Assembly (NCBI RefSeq): GCF_006345805.1
Contig: NC_043004.1
Coordinates: 72,292,001-72,356,000 of the forward strand
DNA: 64,000 bases
From: Octopus sinensis
Lineage: Eukaryota
Reading direction: 5' to 3'
How positions within the stretch are numbered: position 1 is the stretch's first letter; each line of letters starts with the position of its first letter. A program made the translations under genes and the position numbers. Below the pieces are notes generated by a model that saw only the letters and a program-made list of their open reading frames with translations, had not been told where the DNA came from and made no database searches. Positions 63,915 through 64,000 of the stretch are shown here, piece after piece.

Positions 63915-64000
63915 TTTTTAGTACGATCGTTTCATACAAGGACAGGTTTTATTAAAAGTTGCAAAGATTACAGCATATAAACGAGTCCCGTACTCATCAG
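63915..64000 (-). ncRNA. Hammerhead ribozyme motif, cut by the window edge
   Basis: CUGAUGA (64000-63994)-GUACGGGAC..GUCCUUGUAU-GAAA-CGAUCGU-A. Helix III is the palindrome ACGAUCGU and the 5' strand of helix I lies outside the window. Confidence 0.7.

Overview
AT-rich, microsatellite-dense eukaryotic genomic DNA, most likely a cephalopod (octopus-type SINEs and repeat spectrum; inferred, not searched). It has one 100-N scaffold gap at 33198-33297. I reconstruct one plus-strand host gene from five phase-compatible exons between 13622 and 33690. It encodes a secreted or membrane-anchored PAN/apple-domain protein with an uncharacterised C-terminal domain; its first coding exon was not found. The rest is transposable-element material: TAA-targeted R4/Dong-type LINEs, a near-complete CR1-clade LINE with an unusual Myb/SANT-like plus CCCH ORF1, a decayed RTE LINE, Tc1/mariner and Chapaev-like DNA transposon relics, Helitron-type non-autonomous elements, MITEs and many tRNA-derived SINEs. 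The main unexplained signal is a set of hammerhead-ribozyme (HHR) motifs from several different short-element families, most with palindromic helix III and several with non-canonical cores. The most notable is a 5.6-kb intronic array of a ~545-bp unit. Every unit carries a CCGAUGA-core hammerhead-like fold, the units alternate as a dimeric higher-order repeat, and the array ends in an inverted segment, which is a retrozyme-like architecture. All ribozyme folds were paired by eye and none is shown to be active.
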